A stretch of 64,000 bases of DNA, taken from the NCBI RefSeq assembly GCF_006345805.1, contig NC_043012.1:30194001-30258000 (forward strand), written 5' to 3'. Positions 26,096-39,340 of this stretch are shown in pieces. Position numbers and translations under genes: made by a program. The stretch's first letter is position 1, and each line of letters begins with the position of its first letter. The notes under the pieces are model-generated. The model did no database searches and was not told where the DNA came from. It saw nothing but the letters and a program-made list of their open reading frames with translations. The DNA is from Octopus sinensis (Eukaryota).

Positions 26096-26911
26096 GGATC
26101 TTTTCCTTTTGAACGGCACTTTGTAACATAATTTCTAGGTAACTAAAAAGTTTTAAACTTCGTATACTGGTAGAATGTGTTTATAAAACATCATTTTCTC
26201 TTGGCTTTATTGAGAAAATTCTATAGTTTGTAAGATATTTCGTCTGAAATTACTTGCATTTCGGCAATTTTAACCAATCAATTACCTCCATTGACGTAAA
26301 TAACATTCTGTGCATAATGAATATGTCCCGCCTTTAAGAAACAGATTGGGTTTATTTACATTTGTGAAGAAAAAAAGATACCCTTCCCCAACTCCTAACC
26401 CTAACCCTAACCCTAGCCCTAACTAACCCTAACTCTAACCCTAAATCTAAAATAGATTGAAATGCAATAGATCGATACTAGGGCCATAATTATGGGTGAT
26501 AATTTCATACGACACCGCTACGGAAAATGGGATTTTTTTCTAGCGGTGTCAAATGAAAATGTCACCCATAATTATGGCCCTAGTATCGATCTATTGCATT
26601 TCAATCTATTTTAGATTTAGGGTTAGGGTTAGGGGTTGGGGAAGGGTATCTTTTTTTCTTCACAAATGTAAATAAACCCAATCTGTTTCTTAAAGGAGGG
26701 ACATATTCATTATGCACAGAATGTTATTTACGTCAATGGAGGTAATTGATTGGTTAAAATTGCGGAAATGCAAGTAATTTCAGACGAAATATCTTACAAA
26801 CTATAGAATTTTCTCAATAAAGCCAAGAGAAAATGATGTTTTATAAACACATTCTACCAGTATACGAAGTTTAAAACTTTTTAGTTACCTAGAAATTATG
26901 TTACAAGATCC
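26096..26911. mobile_element. Palindromic Merlin-like element with internal telomere-like repeats
   Basis: Starts GGATCTTTTCCTTTTGAACGGCA and ends GATCC; 8-bp TSD TTTTTTAC (26088-26095 and 26912-26919); arms 26121-26520 and 26541-26906 are near-perfect reverse complements; contains (CCCTAA)n/(TTAGGG)n. Confidence 0.9.
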
Positions 26912-27327
26912 TTTTTTACTTTTTAAAATTGTTTTTTATTTGCTGAATCTCGAGGAAGGGGCGGTGCCTTTAACATTTGTAGGTCCCCGTCGTTCGCCCC
27001 AAAATAATGATGATGGTGGTGGTGGTGATGCTGATGGAAGTGACTAAGATGTTCGTTTTAATAACTAACAATTTACCTCTCACACTTGGGTATTAATTAA
27101 GAAAACAGTATTTCAACTTACCTATAAAAGTTTGATTCTTTATTAACAAACCTATTTTTTCTGATTGATATCATCGTCGTCGTCCTTTTCTTCGTAAACC
27201 TTTCCCTCTATGTCCTCGTGGGACTCCCACGCAGTTCGTTTGTTACGATAAAATACTCAAGTCCAACAGTAATAATATTTCTAGAGTTTCGTTGGCTCGT
27301 CTTCTGGAGGAAGTGGTTGATGGTGGC

Positions 27328-27502
27328 CAGTACCATCTTAAGATGTGGGCACACAAGGCAGTTGCCCAGGGGCCTCACCAGTCTAGCAACCCAGTTCTGA
27401 TCTATGTATACTGTGGTTTGCTGTCAATAAATAAATACTTTGGGACCGAGTTCACTAAGTTACTTGGTGGACTAAAATGCTGATGCTAAGGCGGCGGCCA
27501 TG
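27328..27502. mobile_element. Possible degenerate hAT-type MITE
   Basis: Weak CAG...CATG termini, near-TSD ATGGTGGC/GTGGTGGC and an internal GCAGTTGCCCAGGGG motif. Confidence 0.4.
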
Positions 27503-27593
27503 GTGGTGGCGTGCGACGCTGATACTTGTTAGCAGAGATGACTTCGCATTTTAATTCAGTCTCTTTCTTTCTTTCTTTCTTTTTTTCTTTCTT

Positions 27594-28260
27594 TACCCTT
27601 ATTTTGAGGGGGCGGCATGTTTCGCCTTTGTATAACTTACCACAGCTGCATGGATTGGAGTACACGCAGTTCTTGGTCAGTAACAATCTGTTAAGCAACA
27701 ACTATCCCAAAACATACTCTCCACTCCAATTATGAAGAGAAGAAGGGATGAAACCGATAAACTGTCCACAGTCTGTTTACCCTAGGTGAAAGGCCTCTCC
27801 GAAAAGATACAAAAGATATGCGGCCCATATGGCATCAGGACAGTATTCAAGAGTAATACAACACTTCACAAATATCTCCTTCGACTAAAAGCACCAATAG
27901 AAGAGAATATGACCAAGAACTGCGTGTACTCCATCCCATGCAGCTGTGGTAGGTTATACAAAGGCGAAACATGCCGCCCCCTCAAAATAAGAGTAGACGA
28001 ACATCGCAAAGCTGTGACACGGGGAGATATTGATAAATTGGGTATAGCTGATCATGTATGGAAAAATGGAGACCACCTCCTCCTGTGGGATGAAGTTAAA
28101 ATAATAGACAGAGAACACCACTGGAAAATACGAAAACTAAAAGAAGCAGTACATATGCTAGGACACAACAACCTCTTAAGCAGACCGAGTGAAGATATGA
28201 GTAGCATATGGGAACCGGTATTAAGGAATGATAGGAGAATATTAGATTTATAAGCCCTAA
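27594..28260 (+). mobile_element. 5'-truncated Penelope-like retroelement (GIY-YIG endonuclease C-terminus) with an inverted 5' segment
   Basis: ORF 27786-28253 has NCVYSIPCSCGRLYKGETCRPLKIRVDEH...IADHVW...RKLKEAVH, typical of the Penelope GIY-YIG region; 27594-27679 is an inverted copy of 27910-27995. Confidence 0.88.
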
Positions 28261-28273
28261 AATCAACTCCACA

Positions 28274-28337
28274 GGCATATGGCGTAGAGCGTGGGCTACT
28301 AACCCCAAGATTCCGAGTTCGATTCCAGGCAGTGATT
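28274..28337 (+). other. tRNA-like Pol III A/B-box segment in the Penelope 3' region
   Basis: TGGCGTAGAGCG (A-box-like) and GAGTTCGATTCC (B-box-like); not a complete cloverleaf. Confidence 0.55.
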
Positions 28338-28339
28338 TG

Positions 28340-29111
<772 letters not shown>

Positions 29112-29157
29112 CAACAACAACAACATCGAATGAGAACCTAGGTTCGAAATTTCCCAA

Positions 29158-29203
29158 GACACCTGATGAAGGCTGGATGGTATATCAACCGAAACTTTAT
29201 GTT
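29158..29203 (+). ncRNA. Degenerate minimal hammerhead ribozyme motif (Penelope-type)
   Basis: GACAC-CTGATGA-A-GGCTG..CAACC-GAAAC-TTT-ATGTT: core boxes CUGAUGA (29163-29169) and GAAA (29191-29194); stem II has 4 of 5 pairs; stems I and III are imperfect. Confidence 0.55.
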
Positions 29204-29244
29204 AACAACAAACAAGATGAAGACAAATAAATAATGTAATCACA

Positions 29245-29780
29245 CCATGTTCCAAATAGATAAGAGCAGCGAATTGCTCCTTTGTAGAATGTGTGGCAGC
29301 AAAAGCGAAACAATCTCACATATTGTGAGTGAGTGTAGCAAGCTGGCCCAAAAGCACTACAAAAGAAGACACAATAATGTGACTAAGTTTGTTGATTGTA
29401 GACTGAAAAGTACAGTCTTGAAAGAATACGAAAATGGTAGGAACATGAAGTCACTCAGAATAATAAATATAAGATCTTGTGGGATTTTACAATCCAGTGT
29501 GATTCACTGATTGATGTTCGGAGACCAGACATTGTTGTAGTGGATAAAAGGAAAAAGGAAACTAAGATCATAGATATTGCCGTACCTGGGTATGCAGGCG
29601 TAGGTGAGAAAGAGGTGGAAAAGATGGAGAAATACAAACTAAAAAAAGGCGAAATTACAAGAATGTGGTCAATGAAGAGAGTAGTTGTAGAGGCACTGGA
29701 AGCATTAACAATCAGGATTGAGGAAATATGTTGGAGAAACCGGAATTGACATGAAAGTAGGACAGGCTCAGAAAACTGGG
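29245..29780 (+). mobile_element. R4/Dong-type LINE 3' fragment (CCHC knuckle and restriction-like endonuclease), frameshifted
   Basis: CRMCGSKSETISHIVSEC, YKRRHNNV and WDFTIQCDSLIDVRRPDIVVVDK...IIDIAVP. Confidence 0.85.
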
Positions 29781-29995
29781 ATCTAGTCTTTCTCATTCGC
29801 AAAATGAGTCCCCTCCCCCTCCTAATTTTGCTCAGATTGATTTCAATTTTGGTGTATCGATGTAACTCTGAATTTTGATTATGATCAATCAATTACTTTA
29901 TCTTGTAAATTAAAGAAGCTGATGTTATTAGGAATTAAAGTTGGGAAATTTGGGTAATTTTCGCCAAGCAACAGACAGCGTGGCATTAGCAGCTT

Positions 29996-30009
29996 GTTAC
30001 CATGACAAC
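29996..30009. promoter_or_regulatory. RFX X-box motif GTTACCATGACAAC
   Basis: Close match to the GTTRCCATGGYAAC consensus; a weaker second box (TTTCGCCAAGCAAC) lies at 29959-29972. Confidence 0.55.
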
Positions 30010-30914
30010 GGCACGCTGCATTGTGGTTCACTTCACTGTTGTCTGTGACACACGTTGGTCTATGTTGATTTTTCACACTTGATTCTTCACACCACGTGAT
30101 TCTTTACACCCACGTGTTTTGTTTTAATTTTTCTGTGTGTTAGAATATTACATATTTTTGAATTCTGCATGCAATAACATATAAGATGCAGGAATTCCTT
30201 TCCTTGGGACAAACTCTTTGTTGACCAGTGTCATTCTTATTGTAGTTTACAAATCCAAGCATGAAAACGTTACTCAACTTTGGAGTTTTGGACACACACA
30301 CACATACATGAATGCATAAATGTACATATAAACTTATATATGAATACATACACACACATGCACTTATATATTAATGATGTACACAAATACGTGACAGGTA
30401 TACCCAATACTGAAATACGCATAAAGTAAACACATGCAGACAAATATATTAATATAACAAATTTTAAAAAATAATACTAATATACAATCAATGAAGAGAC
30501 AAAACAGTAAGATGATACATGTTGATTTTATTAGGTATTTCTGTTTATTTAGAAACCTACAATGAACAGGTCAGACGCTAAATTATAAATTTCACAGGGT
30601 ACAACCTTAAAGTTGATACCGCTCCGCTAAATGCAGAAAATTTCTGTCTCGCTATTGGCTCCAATTTTCTCTCTGCACAACATCATACCTTCATAGCAAT
30701 GAGACTGGAAGATTACATTATTATAGCCGATTTTCAGATTTTTTACTTCCTTTTAAAAAAATGTATATTTTGCGAATGAAAAAAACTAGATCCGAAAACT
30801 GCTCTATTGGGGACAGTAAAGATTTTGAGATTGATACTTGGATGTTTAGTACCTTCCACGATACTTACACCTAAGTACCAAGTCTTATTTGACAACAGGT
30901 AAGACTGAGAGCTC

Positions 30915-30940
30915 TAGTAGTAGTAGTAGTAGTAGTAGTA

Positions 30941-30998
<58 letters not shown>

Positions 30999-32600
30999 GG
31001 GCCTGAAAGTTTGGGGAAGGAGGCTAGTCGATTATAGCAATCCCAGTATTTCATTGGCACTTTCATCGACTCCGAAAAGATGAAAGGCAAAGTCGACTTT
31101 GGCAGAATTTAAATTCAGAACGTAAAGACGGACGAAATGCCGCCAAACAATTTTGTCCGGCGCGCTAACGCTTCTGCTAACATTGTATATAGAGCCGAGG
31201 TGTACTGCAACTGGTCGGAGAAGGTTAAAAGAGGGGAGAGAAAGTGGGCGTAAACAAAGTGAAGAAAGACAGGTAAAAGTGCCCGCATAGTTCACAGAAT
31301 AATCTTTAGAAATGATAATGATTTATTCTGAGCATCGTGCGTGTATTTTTGTGCGTGTGTTTGTATGCGCACGCACACTGGCACCCCTCCCACCACACAT
31401 CATACATGATAAGTGATAGGAGTAGCAGGAACTAAGTATACTTGCCTTAACCAGTTCTCCTGGGATGTATTATAATTTATCCGAAAGAGGGCGCTGGATT
31501 GGCAGTATCGTGACAGAGTTGGAAATAATTCCTTGCAATTTCTTTTCCGTTTTTTTTTTAAACATTTCCTGCGTTCAAATCCTGGCGAGGTCCTTTCTTG
31601 CCTACAGGGTACATACCAAGCACTAACGTCAATGTAATCGACTATTCCACCCCCGCTCAAAATGGCCAGCGTTGTTCGTAAATCAGAATTCATTAAAATA
31701 TGTCTGAAATATAAGGCGGCGCGCCGGACGAGATGCTCAGCGGCATGTCGTCCGTCTTTTCGTTCTGAGTTCAAATTTCGACGAAATCGATGTTGCCTTT
31801 TATTCTTTCGAGGTCAATAAAACAACGTACCAATTGTGCATTGGGGCTGGTGTGATCAACTTACCCTGAAATTGCTGGCCTTGCGCCAAAATTAGAAACT
31901 AATAGATCTGGAATAATGAAAGTCAAATTCGAACTGCATTCGTTACGATTCGATCTCAGTACCAACAGCAATGAAAATTAATAACACAAGATATTGTATC
32001 GCGTGCTGTAACGATTGTGTAAATAATAGCGTCTGTTTTAGGTAGAAAGCCAGCGGTTTTGAGGGAGGGCTGGTCGATAGCATTGGCCCTCGTACTTGAG
32101 TGGTACTTTATTTTATCAATCCTGGAAAAATAAAAAGCAAATTTGGTCTTGGTATGATTTGAACCCAAACCGTAAATAGTTGGAATGAATACTGCAAAGC
32201 CTTTTCTCCGATGCCCTCACGGTTCTGCCATTTCGCAGTCTTTAATTCTGTCAATAATAATTTCTCGGGTAAGAAGGGAAAACGGATCTCTGTCTGTTTC
32301 GACGATGAGGATTCGGTTGTTCGATCAACCAAATTACTTTCCCCTGAATTAGCGTAAACGTGGCTGAATATTCCACAGACATGTGTATCCTTAATATAAT
32401 TTTAAGGCAGGATCAAGGCGGTGAGCTGGCAGAAATGTTCGCACGCTGTCCTTACGTTCTGAGTTCAAATTCCATCAAGGTCGACTTTACCTTTCATCCT
32501 TTCAGGGTTGATAAATTAAGTACCAGTTGCGTACTGGGGTTGATCTAATCGAGTGACCACTTCCTCCAAAATTTCGGGCCTTGTGCCTAGAGTAGAAAAG
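30915..32600. mobile_element. (AGT)n/(AAT)n run followed by family A SINEs in both orientations (31010-31180 -, 31570-31900 +, 32040-32240 -, 32416-32600 +)
   Basis: Family A core motifs recognised on both strands. Confidence 0.7.
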
Positions 32601-32954
32601 AATTTTCAGGCAGGATTAAATGACACTATTTTTCAGACAAGGTTCTACCAATCGAGTACAAATAAATCCCAACCGACGGGATTCCGCACAGCTTCCATCT
32701 TCCCAATTTCGTTGCAAAAAGCTTATGTCGGCACGAAATAATGATTAATAAAATTTGCTCAAGATGTCACTTAATGAAATCGAACTCGGGGCCTCGTAAT
32801 TGCGAAACGGAATTTTAAACTATTCACCTAAGTGAATAGGAATGTTTTCAGGGGAGATAACTTTAGCTAAAAACCTAGGTAAATGGAAAGAGTTGCTTCC
32901 CTTGAAAATCAATTTGTTCGTTAATTTATGTTTTGCTAATTTGTTTCTTTCTAC

Positions 32955-33280
32955 GTTTTACTTGTTACAGTCAATGGAATGCGGCCATGCTGGGGCACTG
33001 ACTTGAAGGGTTTTAGTCGAACAAATCGACTTCAGCATTTATATTTTAAGTGCATTTATTCCATAGATCTCTGAGGCCGAACCACGAGATTACGGGAACA
33101 TATACAAACCAACACCGGTTGTTAACGGTGGTGGGGGGACAAACAAATATGCAAAGACATACACAGTTATATGCATATATGCACACGACGGGCTTCTTTC
33201 AGTTTCCATCTAACAAATCCAGTCACAAGGCTTTACTGGGCCCGAGGCTATAGTAGAAGACCTTTGCCCAAGGTACCACA
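32955..33280 (-). mobile_element. Family B SINE
   Basis: CGACGGGCTTCTTTCAGTTTCC...CACAAGGCTTT...CCCGAGGCTATAGTAGAAGAC, the reverse of the family B core. Confidence 0.75.
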
Positions 33281-33296
33281 CACACTCACACACAAG

Positions 33297-33837
33297 GTGT
33301 AGGGGTTGGTTTTTAACATTTTGCATAAAAGGGTTCGAAACCATAATATCCCATAGAAAAAAATAAGATTATTTTATAAAAAGTTCTAAAAATATCAAGC
33401 AGATTATTGCAGGGAGAAAACATTTTATTCAAAGTCGCTGCGCTCCGTTTCCATCATGGCGTTAAGACGGTTCCGGATTCAGGTGCATTCCTCACTTTGG
33501 ATTCCTGGGGAGATCTTGGAACGCCTCCTTGATTTTCACCACCAGCTTAGTCTTGGTGTAGTAGAATGAGCAGATGTTGCCTTTCTCAACCGCACCCCAG
33601 TCATAAGGATTACATTTGATGGAATTAAGAGGCCAGAAATTCGGGCTGGTGAAGTTGGAGAAATTCTCCGATAACCACTTCTGACTGTTTCTGGAGGAAC
33701 GGCAAGGAGCTAAATTCTGCTGCCACGCATATGGTCTTCGAGCATCAACCCTCTCCAGCCAAGGTTTGATCGCAGTCTCCAGCTGCTTTACATAACTGTT
33801 TGAATTGAGCCTAAGGCCCTGTTCAAAAATTTTGAGG
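33297..33837 (-). pseudogene. Tc1/mariner-superfamily (maT/DD37D-like) transposase C-terminal remnant
   Basis: KPWL..YAWQQNLAPC..SQKWLSENF..FWPLNSIKCNPYDWGAVE resembles QQDSAPxH...WPPNSPDxNPLD with a catalytic D mutated; TIR-like end near 33297. Confidence 0.7.
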
Positions 33838-33844
33838 ATGAATT

Positions 33845-36800
33845 CCGGTGAACGGACGTAGTCTGAACGTCTGGTGTGGCCTTTCCAGATCAGCACCACT
33901 TTGTAGTCTCTGTTGCACACCTTACAGTCTTTCCAGTGTTCAAAGAGCATTGACCAGCAACGAAGAAGAGGCAGTTGCAGTTCCAAACCAGGCGGGAAAG
34001 TTATGACCACTAAATCCATTCCGATCGACCCCAAAGGCCTACATAGGTCTGATGGCTACGAACCGCCCTTTCTAATTTATCCGATGAAGAATCGAATGCC
34101 GCAGTTCACAGTAGAGAACAGAAAGACCTTTTTGCCCACTCAAGATCAGCAATCATTTATGGTAAAGCTGAATCCACCGGTGATACAGGCATAAAACGCC
34201 TAAAAGATGACATAAATTTTGTTTCCGTTTTAGTTGGAGAATTGTTCTCTGTCAACGAAAATGTCAATATCCTTAAGATTGCTCGGCTAGGAAGATTCCA
34301 AGTGAACTCAACCTCAGACACTAGACCACGCCCAACAAGAGTAATCCTTTCTTCCGATCAGGAGGCTTCAACCTTCTGAACAGAGCTCAGAAGCATGCCT
34401 GGGAGGACCCCAATATGGGTTTTCGCGAGGAATACTCACTGAGAGAGAGAATTCGCCGGAGAAACCTAATATCTGAACTGAAGATGAGAAAATAGATGGG
34501 AGAGAAGGGTTTACGCATCCAAGATGGACAAATAATCAAGTCCTACCTCTGGTCGCATGCTGTAGTGCTGACAGGGAAAGTGAATCGAGGGCGAATCGAA
34601 GTAAAGTAGATACCCCCAACAACGATGCTATATCTGATACCCCTTATTCTGCTTGTTCCCTAATTCCCGCCCCTCAAACTTCACAGCTCAGCATTGTCTA
34701 TACCAACTCGTGCTCCTTATTTCCAAAGTTCAGCGAATTATTTACACTGGCCATGCGTGATTCCCCAGATGTGATAGCTATCACCGAGACTTGGCTGACT
34801 CCAGCAGTAAAGGACTCAGAAATCCACCTACAGGGCTACGCCCTCTTCAGATGTGACAGAGAAAAAAGGCGAGGTGCAGGTGTTGCTGTGTATGTTAAAT
34901 CTGATCTCAAACCGTCCAGCGGTATTCTACCCACTAATGCTCAACCTACAACAAAATTCGATGCCGTCTATTGCAAGCTGAGCCTATCCGGGTTTTGCCT
35001 GCCCGTGTTAGTTGTCTACAGGCCGCCTCTTGCCGACCCCCAGGACGATGCTCATTTACTCGAAGCGATAAGATTCGTTACAGCTTCTCATGACTGCTTG
35101 ATATTAGGAGACTTCAACGCTCCCACGATCGACTGGCCCGCATCAATTTGTACATCATCTTCCCGGTTCGGCCAGGCCCTTCTTGACGTGGCTGAAGATT
35201 GTTTTCTATCGCAACATGTTGAATCTCCGACAAGGCATCGGTCTGGGCAGCAGCCATCTATGCTGGATCTGGTATTCTCCCGCTATCCAAGATCAGTGTC
35301 AGGCTTATCTGTGTGCGCCCCTCTTGCCAAGAGTGATCATGCGGTCCTGAAGTTCGACATGCACACAACTTTTTCTACACCCACGACTACTTCGCTGCCA
35401 CGTAGAGTCTTCTCTGCAATCAATCTTGAAATTCTAACCGAGGCTTCTGCGCTTCTGGACGGGCGATCCCTGATGACGATGTCCTCAGTTGACGAATTAT
35501 GGTCGTCCCTCAAAGCATATGTAATCTGCTTGACTGACCAAGCAGTTCCCGTTGGGCTTCCCAAGAAGAAGAAACACAAGCCCTGGGTGACGAAGAAGGT
35601 TAAACTTCAACTCAGAAATATTGCTTGGGCTGAATTCAAAAATCTAGATTCGACTGCAGCTTTTGAGGTGTACAAAACTCAACGAGACCGAGCCGTGAAA
35701 ATTGAAAAGGAAGAACGCTTCAGATATGAATACAGAATTGCGGCAAACGCCAGTCGCAATCCAAAAACCTTCTTTGCTCATGTCCAACGGAATTCCCGCT
35801 TGAACAACCAAATTGCAACGTTGGTAGACTCAACAGGCATATCGATTGAGGACCCTTATCAGCAGAGTCAGTTATTTACCGAGGCTTTTTCAACAATTTT
35901 CAAACAAGATGATGGTCGTGAACCCCCTCCATTTCATAGATCGGTACCTCCAATGCCTAGATTGGTCATCACTCGGGACGAAGGCGAACGCGTTATTCAA
36001 GGCCTCGATGTCAACAAGGGTCACGGCCCCGACGGCATACACCCACAGGTTATCAAAGCGTTGGCTCCGGTCATCGGCGAACCTTTAACACTTCTATTCA
36101 ATATGTCATTGGCGACGGGTGTTATACCTGCGGACTGGAGAACAGCGATAATCTGCCCGATTTTCAAGAAAGGGAGCCGCCAAGACCTGCTTAACTACTG
36201 ACCGGTTTCCCTTACTTCAATAATCAGCAAGATCTTCGAAACCATCCTTAAGAAAAGTATGTTGCTCCACCTCCAAAACACAGCCTCTATCTCTGATTCC
36301 CAACACGGCTTCGTGCCGAAGAGATCATGCTTGACCAACTTACTGGTGATGGAAGAATTGGTGATGCGTATCCTGGATGATGGTGATGCTGTTGACATCG
36401 TTTTATTGGACTTTGCCAAAGCTTTTGACTCGGTTAACCACCGTCTATTATTTGTCAAGCTTTAAGCATATCGTTTCCATGCGGATATTGTACGATGTTG
36501 TGCCTTCCTCTCAGATCGCTCCTTCCAAGTCCAAGTTAATGGTTCGCTGTCCGACGCCTCCAGTGCGAGCAGTGCTTGGGCCGTTACTGTTTTTAGTCTT
36601 CATAAATGACTTACCCGACGACCTCACGCAACACACCCTTCTATTTGCCGATGATGTCAAACTGGTCGCTCCTCGCGGTGATATAGATGATCTTCGTCGA
36701 TGCCTCCACCAAGTTTGGAGATGGTCAAACGAATGGGACCTGTGTCTGAACGCGTCAAAGTGCTGTCATCTGCCTGTTGGCTCTCTCCTGCAACTCAACT

Positions 36801-37526
36801 TATTTCGAGCCGGGTCGTCTGCTGCTGAAGAGGACCGACCAGGTAAAGGACATGGGTATCTTGGTGAATTCTTCCTTTTCGCCTTCGGCCCAGTGCGTCC
36901 ATGCTGCCAACAAAGCACGCGGAGTTCTGTTTTTGATTCGACGGTCATTCGGAATGCTCACAGCAGCCATATTCCTACCTCTCTATGTCACGTTGGTGAG
37001 ACCCATATTGGAGTATGGGATTCAAGCCTCTTCTCCTTATCTCCTCAAAGACATACATCATCTCGAAAGAGTCCAGAAGCTGGCTACCCGCATGGTTCTT
37101 GGTCTCAAGCATTTGTCTTATGAAGAAAGGCTGAAGACGCTCGACCTTTATTCTCTAGAAAAACGTCGACGCCGTAGTGATCTCATTCTCGCTCACAACA
37201 TCATAAGCGGAAAGTGTAACCTCTCGAAAGAGCTGTTCTTCACTTCTGCTCCGGAGCGTCGGCTGCGGGGTCACTCCGAAAAGCTCTATCTGCGACGATT
37301 TCATCTCAATCGAAGGAGAGGGCTTTCTCCGTCCGGGTTGCGGATCCGTGGAATAAGCTGCCGGACGAGATAGTGAAGATGCCGACGACCGCTCGGTTCA
37401 AAGTCTCTCTTGACCAGAAATGGCATGAACTCTTTGCATGAACACCCTTCCTGTACATAACTCCATGTCCCCCTACATGGCGTTGCTTTTTGCTTTTTGA
37501 GCCAAAAAATTAACTTAACTTAACTA
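33845..37526 (+). mobile_element. Near full-length CR1-type LINE (ORF1 remnant plus APE-RT ORF2), inactivated
   Basis: ORF1-like RLG..RPRPTRV and ISELKMR at ~34200-34560. ORF2 APE motifs (ITETWL, YRPP, ILGDFNAP, SDH) and RT motifs (QHGF, LDFAKAFDSV, FADDVK), plus the CR1 C-terminus (LYSLEKRRRR, RLRGH). (TTAAC)n tail at ~37510-37526. Confidence 0.92.
34753..37440 (+). pseudogene. LINE ORF2 (endonuclease-reverse transcriptase) with stops and frameshifts
   Basis: NY*PVSLT stop at 36199-36201 (probably CGA>TGA), TAA at 36463, loss of the GVPQGS motif near 36570, and further frameshifts. Confidence 0.88.
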
Positions 37527-37797
37527 ATGTCAGCATTTTGATACTTGGCATGAATCATCATGATACAAGTAACTTTTTCTCAATATTCCGATGGCTGCTA
37601 GTCTTCCTGATCAGCTAACTTTTTTTTTTCAACTACACCTTCAATCTTTATGCTCTCCAGCGCCGTTCATTGTTCATCAATATATGAAGGTATTCATGAA
37701 AAGAGGAGACATGCGAGAATCGTCAAACTCAGTTCGAATACCCTGTATACCTGTATACGCACGTACTTACGTACCTACATACCTTCCCACCCGCCTT

Positions 37798-37923
37798 GCT
37801 ACCTACCTACCTACCTACCTACCTACCTACCTACCTACCTACCTACCTACCTACCTACCTAACTACCTACCTACATAGATACATTCATTCACTCAAACAT
37901 ACATACATACATACATACATACA

Positions 37924-37952
<29 letters not shown>
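37798..37952. repeat. (CCTA)n and (CATA)n tetranucleotide microsatellites
   Basis: Seen directly. Confidence 0.95.
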
Positions 37953-37954
<2 letters not shown>

Positions 37955-39340
37955 CAATGTAACTCATAATTCCTTTGTAGACGACCTGAAGATTTATGCT
38001 AAAAGTGTTAGCAATGCCAAAAAACAACTGGAATTAATAACAATATTTTCAGCTGATATAGACATGGAATTTGGCCAAAAGAAGTGTTCATATTTGGTTA
38101 TAGAATGAGGAAAGTTAGTCCCCCAAACCCAAAACTTGTGCATCAACGGTCTCTCTATCTTCCTCATTCCACACAAAGAATGTTACAAGTACCTAAGCAT
38201 AGACGAAAATGTATCATATGAAGGCACTGTGAATAAAGATAGAGTGACCCGAGAATATTACACCAGACTTTGGAAAATATGGAAGTCGGAACTCTCTTCT
38301 TACAACAAAACAATATCCCACAATGCATTTGCAGTACCAGTGCTGATCCCAATATTTGGGATACTTGATTGGTCTGCAGAGGAAATCCACTCCATAGATA
38401 TCAAAACCTGCAAAATCCTGACAACAACTGGGAACTTCTACAGAAACAGCGATGTTGACAGGCTCTACCTAAGAAGAAATGAAGATGGTAGAGGCCTGAG
38501 ATCAGTGCAGACGGCCTTCGAATGCCGTATGGTCTCACTCAGGCAGCACTTGCTGAACAACAGCAGCAAAAATAAATATATAAATGCAGTCCTGAAAAGT
38601 GAAGTGAGCAACATTGTACGAGTGGGCAGTGAGCTCCTCAAGAAGCACCCTCTTCCTGATGATCTCCAATACAGCCCAAAAACAGCTGAGCTCTCTTACC
38701 TCAGAGAAGACTTCTATTGGAAAGCATTCAGCATACAAAAAATAAAAAGACTCTGCATGGGTATGTTGCCCGGAAGCTTGAAGAAGACAGTAGAATTGAT
38801 ACGAAGCGCACCCGCTGTTAGACACAAGACCACCACATCACATCACACTTTGAAGGCTATGCGGTTGCAATCCAGGAACAGGAGATTGTATCAAAGTACC
38901 TGATGAACAAGAGAGACAGTGACGCTCTTGTAATCCCAAGGTGCAACCGCATTTGTAGGCTACGTCATGATTATGTGGAAGACATTACGCATGTGATTAG
39001 CAGCTGTCCTAATATGTCGCCACGGTACTTCCACACTATGCGGCACGATGTTGTCGCTAAAACAATTTACCATGCCATCCGCAAAAAAAGACTGTCCTGA
39101 AATAAACTTAGAAAATCCCTCTCTAATGGAATAAATTCATAAACACCAACTCAAGGAATACTGGTGGAATATTCCCATCAAAATGTCTGTCAAATGTAAC
39201 AGGCCGGATATTGTTGTTAAGGTATGTACCATCATAGAGGTCAGCTGCCCTGCAGATATAAATATCTCTTTGAAAGTCAAAGGAAAAGAAGATATCTATG
39301 GACAACTGCTTCGAAATCCCCAGCTTCTATATTTAGACTA

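Noticed and set aside
26395-26445. True telomere or chromosome-fusion scar
   Set aside because: The repeats are short, degenerate and internal to a TSD-bounded transposon.
28274-28337. Functional tRNA gene (also SINE heads near 43570-43625 and 50840-50905)
   Set aside because: No complete cloverleaf or acceptor stem; these are tRNA-derived repeat segments.
33492-34034. 180-aa minus-strand ORF as an intact transposase or fusion gene
   Set aside because: It is a chance read-through from antisense LINE sequence into a mutated Tc1-like remnant.
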